From: Candidatus Omnitrophota bacterium
GTDB lineage: Bacteria; Omnitrophota; Gorgyraeia; Zapsychrales; Fredricksoniimonadaceae
Direction of reading: 5' to 3'
DNA length: 64,000 nucleotides
Assembly (NCBI GenBank): GCA_903944345.1
Contig: CAJARJ010000014.1
Location: 64,990-128,989, forward strand
The notes under the pieces were generated by a model that ran no database searches, was not told where the DNA came from, and saw only the letters and a list, made by a program, of their open reading frames with translations. Made by a program: the position numbers and the translations under genes. The stretch's first letter is position 1, and each line of letters begins with the position of its first letter. Shown one piece after another: positions 41,103 through 51,077 of this stretch.

Positions 41103-44100
41103 AACCCGACCTCCTCCACCGCAACAGGATTGATGGTCACCAGAAAACCCCGCACCCTGTGTGGAGCATAGACATCCGCCAGCAAGCGCAAATACTCCCG
41201 CAACTGATCCCTTCCGGCATCCGTTGCCGAAGCAAGCTTGAAATCCACCACCTGGACCTCGTCCTTGAAGACGAGAATGCGGTCTGGCCTGCGTTCCTTG
41301 CCATCAGGAAGAAGAAAGGCTTTCTCACAAAAGACTTGAGCACAAGTAAAGAAAAAATGGCGGGTGGCCCGGGCTGTAAGCAGCGCCTCAAGTTCCTGCA
41401 AAAGAGATTCCTCGGCCGGCACACCGCAAAGGCGGGCAGCTGTCACCAGCGCCTCCCGGGCATCCGTCCCCGGCGGCAATCCAGGAATTCCGGCCAGGAT
41501 CGCGTGACGCAAGACCCCCTCCTGACGTTCACGACGGAACGCCAGCGTTTCCCGGGGAACGAATTCATCGGCAAGATACTCCATCCAGTCCCGGCATGCC
41601 GAAGGCTGCAGGGCACGGATCTCTCCATCCTCCCGGCGTTCTTTCCTTGCCACCGGACCGGTAGTCCCGATGGCATAACAATCCGCAGGAATCAAGGCCA
41701 ACGCAGGATTAACAGCCCGCCCGGCCCGGGAAGGAATAAAAACATACAGCTCCTCCGCAGCCCGGGTCAGAGCAACATAGGTCATATTCAGTTCCCCCAT
41801 CAGAGAGCGAATATACTCCCGCGCGTAACCCTCATCAGCCGTATCGGAATACTTTCTGTAATCCTGGGTCAAACGCAAAAGCCGGACCTCGTCTCCGTCA
41901 ACAACAGGAGTGTAATTGTGCGCGCGCCCGTCACCCGATCCTGACACCTTGGGCTTTATCGTCAACAAAGGAATAATCGTAACCGGAAACTCCAGACCTT
42001 TGGCCTTGTGCACCGTCAAAAGTTTAACAGCATCTCCACCCGGCCCTCGCACAAAAAGCACTTCGCCCGCAAGAAGGGCGTAATGTTCCAGAAAACCGGA
42101 GAGATCCGGATAATCCTTTTCCTTCTCCTTGACCAATTCGAGAAAACGCATCAGGAACGCCTGCCCTTCGACACAATGGACAAGAGCATTCGTCCGGCGA
42201 TAGAAACTCACGATCAGCTCGTACAGAGGATACGTCCCGAAATTACAAAAGAAATCATCGAGCAGTTCATTCCAGAGTCCGGAATATTGCTGCTGAAAAA
42301 ACACATACAACGATTCCGGAAAACCGGCCTGAGATCGCCCTATGCGCCAGCGCAAGATCATATCCTCCAGCTGGTCACGCTGGAGGCCGGAGGCGCGGGT
42401 AAAAATATCGCCCAGAATAAACCCGGCGAAAGCCTGGCTGTCCTGCGGTTCTGCCAGAAAACCCAGGAAAGAAACCACTTCCTCGACCAAAGGGTGTTCA
42501 CGGATACTCGAAAGGCGTTCCGAGTGCACCGGGATTCCTTCTTCCAGCAGCCAGCGGGCCGTTTCCTCCACCTCGCTGTTGGAACGTAAAAGCAGCGCAA
42601 CCGAGCTCCAGTCATAGCCGCGCTCTTTAAGGGAACGCAGCAGGGAAATAATCCTGACTCTGACCAGCTCGAGCGTTTCTTCTTTCAGCGCAGCGCACTC
42701 CACCTGCTCGACCCGAACAACTCCACCGCCGTCCGTTCTGGCGGAAGACTGCCGCGAAGAATGAAAAACTTCCCCCAACCGACGAATATCATCCGTGCTA
42801 AACCCGATAGCCGTGTCTTTTCTCACACCTTTACTGTCCAGCCCGAAACCGGCAGCAAAACGTTCGAGCGAAGCCAGATCAAAAACACGATTGTTGAACT
42901 CGACCACGGCGGGCAGGCTGCGCCAATTAACCGCAAGAGAAACTTCCTGCACATTGTACGAACGGTAAGCCTCCTTGAGCTCGTCAAAAAGACCCGCCTC
43001 ACCCCCGCGAAATCCATAAATCGCCTGCTTCTTGTCGCCAACATAAAACAGCGTCCCCCCGGATGAAATGGCGTCCTCCGGCAAAAGGCGCAGGTTCTCC
43101 CACTGCAAAAGACTGGTATCCTGAAACTCGTCCACCAGATAATGCCGGTAACGCACGGCCAGACGGTAGAAAATATCCGGAACAGCCAGCCCACCCTCAA
43201 AAAGAACCTTGGCCCGGGAATTAAGCTCTTCAAGAAAAAGGACATCCTCCCGGGAACAGTCCCCGGAGAGAAAAGCACGCATCAGATAATAAATCGCGAC
43301 ATACGGATCATACAGATGCCTGACTTCCAGATCCGCCGCCCGCAAGAACCCCTGATGGATTTTCTGCCACAAATCAGCCTGCTGGCCGGTGACCAGCGCC
43401 CCTTTGTTGACAGGAATATCCTGGCGGGCAAAATACGCTGACAAATCATTGAAACGAAAAGAACGGCGCCCGGTATCAAGAAACTTGTCCAGGCTTTTGA
43501 CAAACGTCCCGTTGGCTCCATCGGGTAAGATCTGCCGGAAAGACTGCAAGTCACAAACAATCTGCTTCTTGAGCGCAAGAATCTCTTCCGGAGAAACCTG
43601 ACCGCGGGCAATCGGAAGGGCAAAGGTATTCTCGATCGAAAAAAGCCCTCTCAGGGCTTCCAATACAGCCTCTTTGGGCATCCAGCTGGTACGAGCCTCG
43701 ACATGTAAATAATTAAAAATAAAATCCTCGAACAAGCGGCGCACATGCTTGTCAGAAGCAGCTGTGTCCACCAGTGCGTCCAATGCGCGAGCTATATACT
43801 CACCGGAATCTGTCCTGATAGAAAACGCCGATGTCAACCCTGCCTGCGCCCCGCAACTGACCAGCAGGGTGTTGATGAAGCGATCAATGGTTTCAACCTG
43901 AAAAAAATTGTAATGACCGATAATTTCCGCCATCAAGCCCCGGGCCAGTTCAACGGCACGCGGCCGGGACAATCCAAGCGGAGACAGAACTGACTGCTCC
44001 AGGGCGGTGTCGATTCTGTCAAGCGCGATCCGCTTGATAAAATCGAGTATACGCCGCTTCATTTCAATAGCGGCTTTATTGGTGAAAGTCAGCGCCAGAA

Positions 44101-44257
44101 TGGAGCGTAGCGGAAGCTCAAGGCCGGCATCCGTCATTTTCAGGGCAAGAATCACATAGCGTGCAGCCAAGGCATAGGTTTTGCCCGATCCGGCAGAGGC
44201 CTCCACCACACGAACTTCAGGAAATGTTATGGGAATATGCGAGGGTATTTCTTTCAC
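41099..44257 (-). CDS. addA: AddA-like UvrD helicase-nuclease
   Basis: ASAGSGKT, LTFTNKAA.EMK, VDEFQDTS, VGDKKQAIYGFRG, TVHKAKGLEF, YVALTRA, RPDR...VDFK. GTG start at 44257 overlaps the upstream stop. Confidence 0.88.
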   Translation of the reverse strand: MKEIPSHIPITFPEVRVVEASAGSGKTYALAARYVILALKMTDAGLELPLRSILALTFTNKAAIEMKRRILDFIKRIALDRIDTALEQSVLSPLGLSRPRAVELARGLMAEIIGHYNFFQVETIDRFINTLLVSCGAQAGLTSAFSIRTDSGEYIARALDALVDTAASDKHVRRLFEDFIFNYLHVEARTSWMPKEAVLEALRGLFSIENTFALPIARGQVSPEEILALKKQIVCDLQSFRQILPDGANGTFVKSLDKFLDTGRRSFRFNDLSAYFARQDIPVNKGALVTGQQADLWQKIHQGFLRAADLEVRHLYDPYVAIYYLMRAFLSGDCSREDVLFLEELNSRAKVLFEGGLAVPDIFYRLAVRYRHYLVDEFQDTSLLQWENLRLLPEDAISSGGTLFYVGDKKQAIYGFRGGEAGLFDELKEAYRSYNVQEVSLAVNWRSLPAVVEFNNRVFDLASLERFAAGFGLDSKGVRKDTAIGFSTDDIRRLGEVFHSSRQSSARTDGGGVVRVEQVECAALKEETLELVRVRIISLLRSLKERGYDWSSVALLLRSNSEVEETARWLLEEGIPVHSERLSSIREHPLVEEVVSFLGFLAEPQDSQAFAGFILGDIFTRASGLQRDQLEDMILRWRIGRSQAGFPESLYVFFQQQYSGLWNELLDDFFCNFGTYPLYELIVSFYRRTNALVHCVEGQAFLMRFLELVKEKEKDYPDLSGFLEHYALLAGEVLFVRGPGGDAVKLLTVHKAKGLEFPVTIIPLLTIKPKVSGSGDGRAHNYTPVVDGDEVRLLRLTQDYRKYSDTADEGYAREYIRSLMGELNMTYVALTRAAEELYVFIPSRAGRAVNPALALIPADCYAIGTTGPVARKERREDGEIRALQPSACRDWMEYLADEFVPRETLAFRRERQEGVLRHAILAGIPGLPPGTDAREALVTAARLCGVPAEESLLQELEALLTARATRHFFFTCAQVFCEKAFLLPDGKERRPDRILVFKDEVQVVDFKLASATDAGRDQLREYLRLLADVYAPHRVRGFLVTINPVAVEEVGL

Positions 44258-44991
44258 GGACGACTCAAATACAACGGATCTTCCAGGGACTCCCGGATAA
44301 CTGCCGCACTCGCCTCGACCGTCGACTGTCCGGGTTTCATGCCCCAATCCATATTAATACCCGGAACCGTGGCCAGCGCGGCAGACAAGCGGTCTCTCTC
44401 GGCCGGAGTAAAATCCAGCACCCTGCAGGTCTCATCTTCGCAATGAGCAGAACTCAACATGACCCTGGTGGCCAGAACACTGGCCCGCAAAACATCCTTG
44501 GCCACCTCTTTTTTCTGCTGGGCCAAAAGAACCTGCTGTCGGCTGAATTCTTTCTCGTCAAAATTTTCAGGCTGCCCATCGGTTATGTAGCGCAAGAAAC
44601 CTGACCAAAGCGTACGCTCCCGGGCACTCATCGTCAAAAGACGCTGATAAGCATCAACGGCCGTCAGCGCCGTCTTGCGGACAAAAGGGCTGGCCGATGA
44701 ACAATAACGCTTCAGATAATTGCGGGCTATGCGCAGTTCCGTATTATCCAGTGTACGGTTGGCGATCAATTGCCGAACCACGGCTTGCTGCTCCAGAGAG
44801 GCCGCCGCGGTTTCACCTTCCAGCTGAAGTCTTTGCGCAACCCGGGCGTAATAAGAGAGAGCAAAAATATAATCTTTAACAAAAGCGTACTTTCCCGCGT
44901 CCGGATTGAGTTCCCTGAACGAAAGCTCCGAGGCATACACTGGCGGAAGAAAAGCAAAAAGACAACAAAAAACAATACACAGTCTGAGCAT
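44254..44991 (-). CDS. Hypothetical exported alpha-helical protein
   Basis: Signal peptide ending in VYA; fills the gap in the operon; no recognised motif. Confidence 0.6.
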   Translation of the reverse strand: MLRLCIVFCCLFAFLPPVYASELSFRELNPDAGKYAFVKDYIFALSYYARVAQRLQLEGETAAASLEQQAVVRQLIANRTLDNTELRIARNYLKRYCSSASPFVRKTALTAVDAYQRLLTMSARERTLWSGFLRYITDGQPENFDEKEFSRQQVLLAQQKKEVAKDVLRASVLATRVMLSSAHCEDETCRVLDFTPAERDRLSAALATVPGINMDWGMKPGQSTVEASAAVIRESLEDPLYLSRP

Positions 44992-45028
44992 ACCTCGACC
45001 TTTCAGTCTCTGAGCGCAGGTAAAGCCC

Positions 45029-45403
45029 CTAATTGGCGTTACCCGCTCCCAGGACTTTCTGAACCTTGGCGATCAGCTCGGAGGACGAACAGGATTTGTG
45101 CAGATATTCAATACCCATAAGAACCCCCAGCCGACCATCAAGCTCCTGATCCCTGCAAGTCAGCAAGATCACGGGGATTGGCTTCAACTCCGGATCAAAC
45201 TTCATTTTGAAACATACATCATAACCATTAAGCTCGGGCATCATGACATCAAGCAACAACAGATCAGGCTTGTCCTGCTTCAAACGCGCCAAAGCCTCAA
45301 CACCGTCAGCGGCAAGAATAACCTCGAAGCCAAAACGCTGCAAAGCTTCTGAAATGATTCGCCTTATTGTCGGATCATCATCCGCGCACAGTATCTTTTT
45401 CAT
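45029..45403 (-). CDS. Single-domain response regulator
   Basis: ILCADDD, LDVMMPELNG, IPVILLT. Confidence 0.9.
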   Translation of the reverse strand: MKKILCADDDPTIRRIISEALQRFGFEVILAADGVEALARLKQDKPDLLLLDVMMPELNGYDVCFKMKFDPELKPIPVILLTCRDQELDGRLGVLMGIEYLHKSCSSSELIAKVQKVLGAGNAN

Positions 45404-45524
45404 AACCCGCTTTTCCCTTTTAGTAAAATAATCTTACTCAAACCCACTCTCTATCTCTAGTTATATAAGGAAATACCGTTCACGTCAATTGCCCGGAATC
45501 TTTCTTTGCATCCAGCCGGTGACA

Positions 45525-46457
45525 TCATCCAGCAAAAACAGAAAAGTTCCTCTGCAAAATGGTATCAAGGGGGGTGTGCGCAGAGTAGCGGCTAAAATAC
45601 CATTTCTGGCTGAAAACAGCCCGCTCCCCCGGAAGAAGGGATTGGACAGGAGAGTGTATCTCCAGCTCTCCATAAGGAGCTGAGGCCGAGTTAAAAACTT
45701 CGACCACAGAGGAGTGGGCGTATGACCTGGAGATATCTACCGGGAAAGACTTGAGAAAACTGATCATCCCCTGCGCCGACTTCTTCAGCAAAAGAACCGC
45801 TCCCGGAGAATACCAGGCGCCGAACTTGAAGCATACCCCCGAATGAACCGGCAAGTGCGACCATGCCCCACAGGTTTCGGCCTGCTGTCCGGGATCGGGC
45901 AGAGTGCTGTCATGCGTATGATAGGATCGGATACACTGCGTGGAACAGGGAAAATACACATCAAATGGCCGCGGAACCTGGGTGACTGTCCACAAACCTT
46001 TATTAACCGGAACATTGCCGGCATTCTCGAAGATTTCAGTCACTCCAAGCCGGTTGTATTCCAGAAAACTTATACGACGGGTCACGCGCAAACCTGTTTC
46101 ACGACAAACCGGACTGGTCAAGACAACACTCTCGGCGTCTTCAACAACAGAAAAAGGCGCCCGGTCAAGATCGACCGGAGGCATGCCTTCCCACCACTCC
46201 TTCTCCGGAGCCGGCCAGACCTTGCTGCCTCCGGGAAGAAGAAAACCGGTTCGGCGCTTGAAAGAACGCAGATCGGCATTCGCGCAAGGAACTTCCAGAG
46301 GAAATGCCGGGGGAGAAAACAACAATTCAAGACCGGCGAAAACCAGGGACATGATCCGTCCACCGGCAGAAGGCACAATACCAACAGAAAGGTCGCCGCA
46401 AGAACGACGGATTGCAGGCCACCCGCAAACCCGGGTATCCTCAACCTTTACGTCCAA
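45525..46457 (-). CDS. DUF4380-like (galactose mutarotase-like fold) protein
   Basis: IVPSAGGRIMSL, GGSKVWPAP..W, GLRVTRRI, YGELEIHSP; start uncertain. Confidence 0.55.
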   Translation of the reverse strand: MDVKVEDTRVCGWPAIRRSCGDLSVGIVPSAGGRIMSLVFAGLELLFSPPAFPLEVPCANADLRSFKRRTGFLLPGGSKVWPAPEKEWWEGMPPVDLDRAPFSVVEDAESVVLTSPVCRETGLRVTRRISFLEYNRLGVTEIFENAGNVPVNKGLWTVTQVPRPFDVYFPCSTQCIRSYHTHDSTLPDPGQQAETCGAWSHLPVHSGVCFKFGAWYSPGAVLLLKKSAQGMISFLKSFPVDISRSYAHSSVVEVFNSASAPYGELEIHSPVQSLLPGERAVFSQKWYFSRYSAHTPLDTILQRNFSVFAG

Positions 46458-46740
46458 GCGCCCCCCTGATCCTTTCTTTGGCCTGTAGAGACAACCGGTC
46501 TTGTTCAAGGGGAGGGACATTGTCCAGAAGTTCTTCATGACGGATAAACACTTTTCTTAATACAGAAATCTGTGCCCGGTAGAAAGAACAGGTTTTGCAC
46601 AAACACAAGTGCAGCCGCATGACAATAAATTCGCGCAAAGACAGCCGACGCTCGAACGAAAGGGATACCAGAAGAGCGGCCTGCTTGCAGGAAACAAGCC
46701 AACCGGTACGCGTTTCTTTTTCCAGATTTATAGGTGTCAT
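46441..46740 (-). CDS. Zinc-finger (zf-HC2) anti-sigma factor
   Basis: SCKQAALLVS...MRLHLCLCKTC (HxxxCxxC); 4-nt overlap with the ECF sigma gene. Confidence 0.85.
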   Translation of the reverse strand: MTPINLEKETRTGWLVSCKQAALLVSLSFERRLSLREFIVMRLHLCLCKTCSFYRAQISVLRKVFIRHEELLDNVPPLEQDRLSLQAKERIRGALGRKG

Positions 46741-47345
46741 TTTTTCAGATCAAACCAGTTACGTTCCAGACATTCGCGCAGCTGAAGCCTTGCCCGATGC
46801 AGCATCACCCACAGATTGGTAGGCGTAATCCCCAGCTCCTTACATATTTCCCCGGTATCTTTATCATCCAATTCACGCATGGCAAAAGCATGCGCGGTAT
46901 TTTGCGGCAATTTCCCCATGCAATGTTGCAGTGTCTCCCAGAATTCCTTGTTATGCAAAAGGGCTTCCGGCTCGGGCATCCAGTCTTTGGGAAACTTGCG
47001 CGGATCTCCGGCTGCATCGTAAAAACTGTCGATAGTCTGCTCTTCATCATTTTGCTGGCCCTGTAAGTCCGTAACCGTCTTCTCACGAAAATCCCGGCGA
47101 TAATGATCAATAATCTTATGTTTGAGAATACCCACCATCCAGGTCCGCTCGGTCGACCTGCCGCTGAAACTGTTCTTGCCCGTAATGGCTGCCAGAAAAG
47201 TTTCCTGAACCATGTTTTCGGCCAAATCCTTGTTGCGCAAACGCATCATCGCATAACGAAACAGATAATCGCCGTGCTGGTCAACCCATGTCGCTGGATC
47301 GGAAAGGCTTGCCTTGAGTGGCTTGGGGGCTAATGGTGACTGCAT
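46737..47345 (-). CDS. ECF RNA polymerase sigma factor (TIGR02943-like)
   Basis: WVDQHGDYLFRYA, VQETFLAA, RTWMVGILKHKIIDH, NLWVMLHRARLQLRECLE..WF. Confidence 0.9.
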   Translation of the reverse strand: MQSPLAPKPLKASLSDPATWVDQHGDYLFRYAMMRLRNKDLAENMVQETFLAAITGKNSFSGRSTERTWMVGILKHKIIDHYRRDFREKTVTDLQGQQNDEEQTIDSFYDAAGDPRKFPKDWMPEPEALLHNKEFWETLQHCMGKLPQNTAHAFAMRELDDKDTGEICKELGITPTNLWVMLHRARLQLRECLERNWFDLKK

Positions 47346-47410
47346 ACTTTAAAAACACCCTTCTTGTGAAACCAAAGAAAAACTCGCCTATCCTCAAACA
47401 GGACGTGAGC

Positions 47411-47439
47411 ATAGTAACAAAAAAGAAACCGCATTTCAA
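47411..47439 (-). promoter_or_regulatory. Sigma70 promoter for the ECF operon
   Basis: TTGAAA-17 nt-TACTAT with TG extension. Confidence 0.6.
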
Positions 47440-47469
47440 CCGGCAGGACAAAGACTCGAAGGGAAGGAA

Positions 47470-49596
47470 TTAACAGCAAGAAGAAACACCTGGCAACTGC
47501 AGGCAAACCTTGGTCCACTGGCCATACTCGGATGTCAGGGCAATCTCGCCCCCTTGTCCTTTAACCAGGTTCTGCATCGCATAAAGGCCAAGTCCGGTGC
47601 CATTCTCCGTGCCCTTGGTGGTAAACAAAGGAATAAAAACTTTCTCCATATTCTCCGGCCTGATGCCAATTCCATTATCCTCCAGCTCAATCCAGACCCG
47701 ATCGGACCGGACCTCGGCCCGAACGATAATCCGCCCCATATATCCGGCAACCTGTTCCCCGGATTTTCTGCGAGCCCTTATAGCGTCCAGGCTGTTGTCA
47801 AAAGCATTGGCAAAAACATCCTGGATAACGGCATCGTTAACCCAGAGTTGTATATCTTCGCCGTAATCCTCGAGAAATTCGATCTTGACCCCCGGATGCT
47901 TAACTTCAGCCAAGGCTCGCCCCCCCTGAATGAGATCCCTGAGCCTGACAACACGCGGTTCGGCACCTTTCTTGCTGGAACGCTTGAGAGCGTCGGCAAT
48001 CGAACGGGAACTCAGAGCGTCGCGGATGATCAGCGGATAATTCCGGAAACACTCCCTTATTTTGCTAACCAGCTCATCACGGGAATTGTTCTGCAGAGCA
48101 TTCTCATCGAGCAAGTCCTGGGCAATCCACAACTCGGCTGTGATCCGGTTCAGGCGATTAGCCATCTGATGAGCCACGGCCGAGCCAAGCAACCCGATCT
48201 CTTTCAATCGCCGGTCATGCATCTTTTCCTCAAAACTCTTGCGCTCCTGCTCATAGTTCTGGGCATTGACAATCGCCATGGCACCGTTAATTGCCACGTC
48301 ATTTAGAACCTCCAGATCGCGGTCAGAATACACACGCCCTGCTTTTTCGCCCAATAAAAGCAAGCCTGGCATTGATCCGGCCCTGCGGAAAGGAACCGCC
48401 GCCGCTGCTGGCACGCTGGAGAGCGCCTTGACCAGAAGTGCTGTCTTCTGCTCATCCTCGCATTTGACCACCCCCTGACGGAATTCATCCAGATACCGGG
48501 TGCCGTGCTTTTTAAGAAACAAAACCAGCGGATGATCTGCAGGCAAAGCCTCAGGGTATCCATGCGACTGACCGTAGACCTCTTTGCGCAGATAAGCTTC
48601 TCCATCAAACAAATAAAACACCGCGGCCATCGGACGAAACGTCTTGCCGATAATATCGACCACCGAACGAATAATGTCGTCGGCATTAAGAATATCGGCA
48701 AAAGTTGTGGAAACACGCGTTATCACGGCCTGACGTTCACGTTCTTCTCTAAGAATCTTGTCCTCGGCCTGCTTGCGGAAATAACCGTAGATGAACGGCG
48801 CAGGAGTGGCAAAAAGAATGGCCGAACATAAAGCGATAAAATAGTACCCTTTATTGTAGAGGATAAAAGGAATTCCCAAAGCCACGGAATAAACAACCAG
48901 GAAAATGCCCGCTGTGGTTATGGCTACGCGGATGTCCATCAAACTATGCCGTGTAATTGCATAGGTTACCGCAACAACATAAATAACCACAAGACTTACC
49001 CCAAATGGATAAATAGGGATGTTAAACACATAAAAGAATGTCGTTGCTCCTCCTAAGAAACCAATCATTGTCCCAAATAAAATATATTTCGACTGCACTG
49101 CAACAATGGCACTCGAACTCCTATAAAACTTATAAAGCAAATATAACCCCCTCCCAGCCAAGAACGAGAAGAATGGAAAGAAAAAATAATAAAGTATTCC
49201 CGGCTTTGGATAATATAAAAACTCTGCCTTCGGAGAGACTTTCGGAATAAACAAACTGGGGAATAATAACGCTAGAATTATTATGATGAAAGCGATGACA
49301 TAATAGGAAATGAATTCCTTCTTTTTCGAAGACTTAGAAAATAGAAAAACAAAATGAACAAAAAAGGTTGGAATAGAAATTGCTGATAAATTCAAAAAAC
49401 GCAACCAAAAAAGAGCTGAGGCATGGTCTGTTGATGAATAAGCCTTAAACAATCCAAATCCCCAAAACGCTACTGCTAAACTAAAAACCGACCAAGTAAA
49501 CTTTAAAATACTAAAGGGGCGACTCAAAATAACCATCAGGAAACATAATGCACTGCCTAAGGCTATGATGACGCCTGACATTGAAAGATAATTCAT
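47470..49596 (-). CDS. Sensor histidine kinase: N-terminal multi-TM (HisKA_7TM-like) sensor, GAF, DHp, HATPase
   Basis: About 9 hydrophobic segments ending near YAITRHSLMDI; GAF motif LLLGEKAGRVYSDRDLEVL; H-box AVAHQMANRL; DNGIGI, FTTK, GTGLGL. Confidence 0.9.
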   Translation of the reverse strand: MNYLSMSGVIIALGSALCFLMVILSRPFSILKFTWSVFSLAVAFWGFGLFKAYSSTDHASALFWLRFLNLSAISIPTFFVHFVFLFSKSSKKKEFISYYVIAFIIIILALLFPSLFIPKVSPKAEFLYYPKPGILYYFFFPFFSFLAGRGLYLLYKFYRSSSAIVAVQSKYILFGTMIGFLGGATTFFYVFNIPIYPFGVSLVVIYVVAVTYAITRHSLMDIRVAITTAGIFLVVYSVALGIPFILYNKGYYFIALCSAILFATPAPFIYGYFRKQAEDKILREERERQAVITRVSTTFADILNADDIIRSVVDIIGKTFRPMAAVFYLFDGEAYLRKEVYGQSHGYPEALPADHPLVLFLKKHGTRYLDEFRQGVVKCEDEQKTALLVKALSSVPAAAAVPFRRAGSMPGLLLLGEKAGRVYSDRDLEVLNDVAINGAMAIVNAQNYEQERKSFEEKMHDRRLKEIGLLGSAVAHQMANRLNRITAELWIAQDLLDENALQNNSRDELVSKIRECFRNYPLIIRDALSSRSIADALKRSSKKGAEPRVVRLRDLIQGGRALAEVKHPGVKIEFLEDYGEDIQLWVNDAVIQDVFANAFDNSLDAIRARRKSGEQVAGYMGRIIVRAEVRSDRVWIELEDNGIGIRPENMEKVFIPLFTTKGTENGTGLGLYAMQNLVKGQGGEIALTSEYGQWTKVCLQLPGVSSCC

Positions 49597-50639
49597 ATCT
49601 TACTAGCTTTAAGAATCCAATAGCTATTACATCCGACCGGATTCTCGACCTTAAATATTTTATTCCCTGTCAAATCTACACCCCACTCTGATAGTTCCTC
49701 TTTTGTTCTATGGTACATCCGCCAATCCCCAAACACTTCATAATAGGCTCTATGTCTAGCATTCTCTAAAGACATATTAAAAATGATTAAATCTTTCTTT
49801 GTGATTGAGAACAGTCTGGCAAAGATCTTTCTCGCGACACGCACACTCAAATAATCAAAAACTCCAGAAGCATATAGAAGTTCAACATTAGCAAACAATG
49901 AAAGGAATTGGTCGTTCTTGATGACCTCGACCAAGTCCATCACATAAAAATGAATATCGATCTTTGTTTTATCATAAACCAAATTTGATAACTGCCGTTG
50001 CACATATGAAACTGCTTTCTTCTCAAGATCTAAAAGATGAAATGTCCCTTGCTCTATTTTCCCTTCTTGCAAAAGCTCAATAATTTCTCGCGCAGAACCA
50101 CAACCAACACTCAGAATAGCAGCATCCTTATTTACCGTTAACGTCTGCAGTATTGAATTCTTTATGTAATCTTTTCGTGCGATATTTGATTTCGCAACAT
50201 TAATATTGCATGTATATCTATTTATAAGCATAGAATACAAGGAGTCACCCAAGTATCTTTTGTCATGATAATCATAAATATAATTCATCATTACAAAATC
50301 TCCGGCATAACCAAGAGGCCTACTACGAATATATGTATTTGTCTCGATTGAGTTCCCTAAATACGGGTAAAGTATTTGATTAAAAAAACATCTCTTTTCC
50401 TCGAAAACGTGGTCTTTGAAACTTAAAAAATATTCCCAGAACTCATCGAAGTACGCATCTAAAACCGGGAATAGCTTCTCAGCCGCAGAAAGTAATATCT
50501 TTTCTTTATCAACATACATTGAGCTAATATTAAATTGATCAAGCTCGTCTTTTGTAACACGCAAAATTTCTTTTAAAGACTCCACCTCTTCTTCAAAAGA
50601 TTGACTTCTAGACTCAACAACAATCATTTTATTTCCCAT
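49593..50639 (-). CDS. Class I SAM-dependent methyltransferase, PhcB-like (putative signal synthase)
   Basis: RPLGYAGDFVMMNYIY, ILSVGCGSAREI, YASGVFDYLS, WRMYHRTKEEL match my recollection of the Ralstonia PhcB family; ATGA overlap with the kinase. Confidence 0.75.
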   Translation of the reverse strand: MGNKMIVVESRSQSFEEEVESLKEILRVTKDELDQFNISSMYVDKEKILLSAAEKLFPVLDAYFDEFWEYFLSFKDHVFEEKRCFFNQILYPYLGNSIETNTYIRSRPLGYAGDFVMMNYIYDYHDKRYLGDSLYSMLINRYTCNINVAKSNIARKDYIKNSILQTLTVNKDAAILSVGCGSAREIIELLQEGKIEQGTFHLLDLEKKAVSYVQRQLSNLVYDKTKIDIHFYVMDLVEVIKNDQFLSLFANVELLYASGVFDYLSVRVARKIFARLFSITKKDLIIFNMSLENARHRAYYEVFGDWRMYHRTKEELSEWGVDLTGNKIFKVENPVGCNSYWILKASKI

Positions 50640-51049
50640 GACTTTCCCCTCAACACACTGAAGAGTCCAATCCTAAAAAATGTCAGAAGCTTGGGAACCT
50701 TTAATAAAAAAACGAATCTGCATTTCTCGTTAATAAAAATATAGAGAATCTATGACGAAACTCCGATGAATAAGACTAACCACCATACTTATATCTCTAG
50801 AAAAGCTCCCAAACTTTCCGAATAAATTTGATGATTCCAAAATTATCAGTTACTTAATATACCAGCCTTTAGACGCTTCCATTTCATCGAACCAACATTT
50901 TACCCCACAATTTCTTCAGATCCCAGCTTACAACAGACACCCTTACTGACCTGCTAATGATTCTTCTTGGCAAGCTTGAAAGAGACTTATGCTTTGGCTT
51001 TGGCCTCTGACACTGCCCAAGCAAGCGCATCTTGCTAGGCATACATAAT

Positions 51050-51077
51050 AAAAAAGGCCGAGCTAAAAGCTCGGCCT
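51050..51077 (-). terminator. Intrinsic terminator with no upstream CDS on its strand
   Basis: AGGCCGAGCT-TTT-AGCTCGGCCT followed by TTTTTATT. Confidence 0.85.

Noticed and set aside
45525-47345. ECF sigma/anti-sigma as an obligatory part of the MTase-kinase operon
   Set aside because: It has its own sigma70 promoter (47411-47439) and host-like GC; linkage may be incidental.
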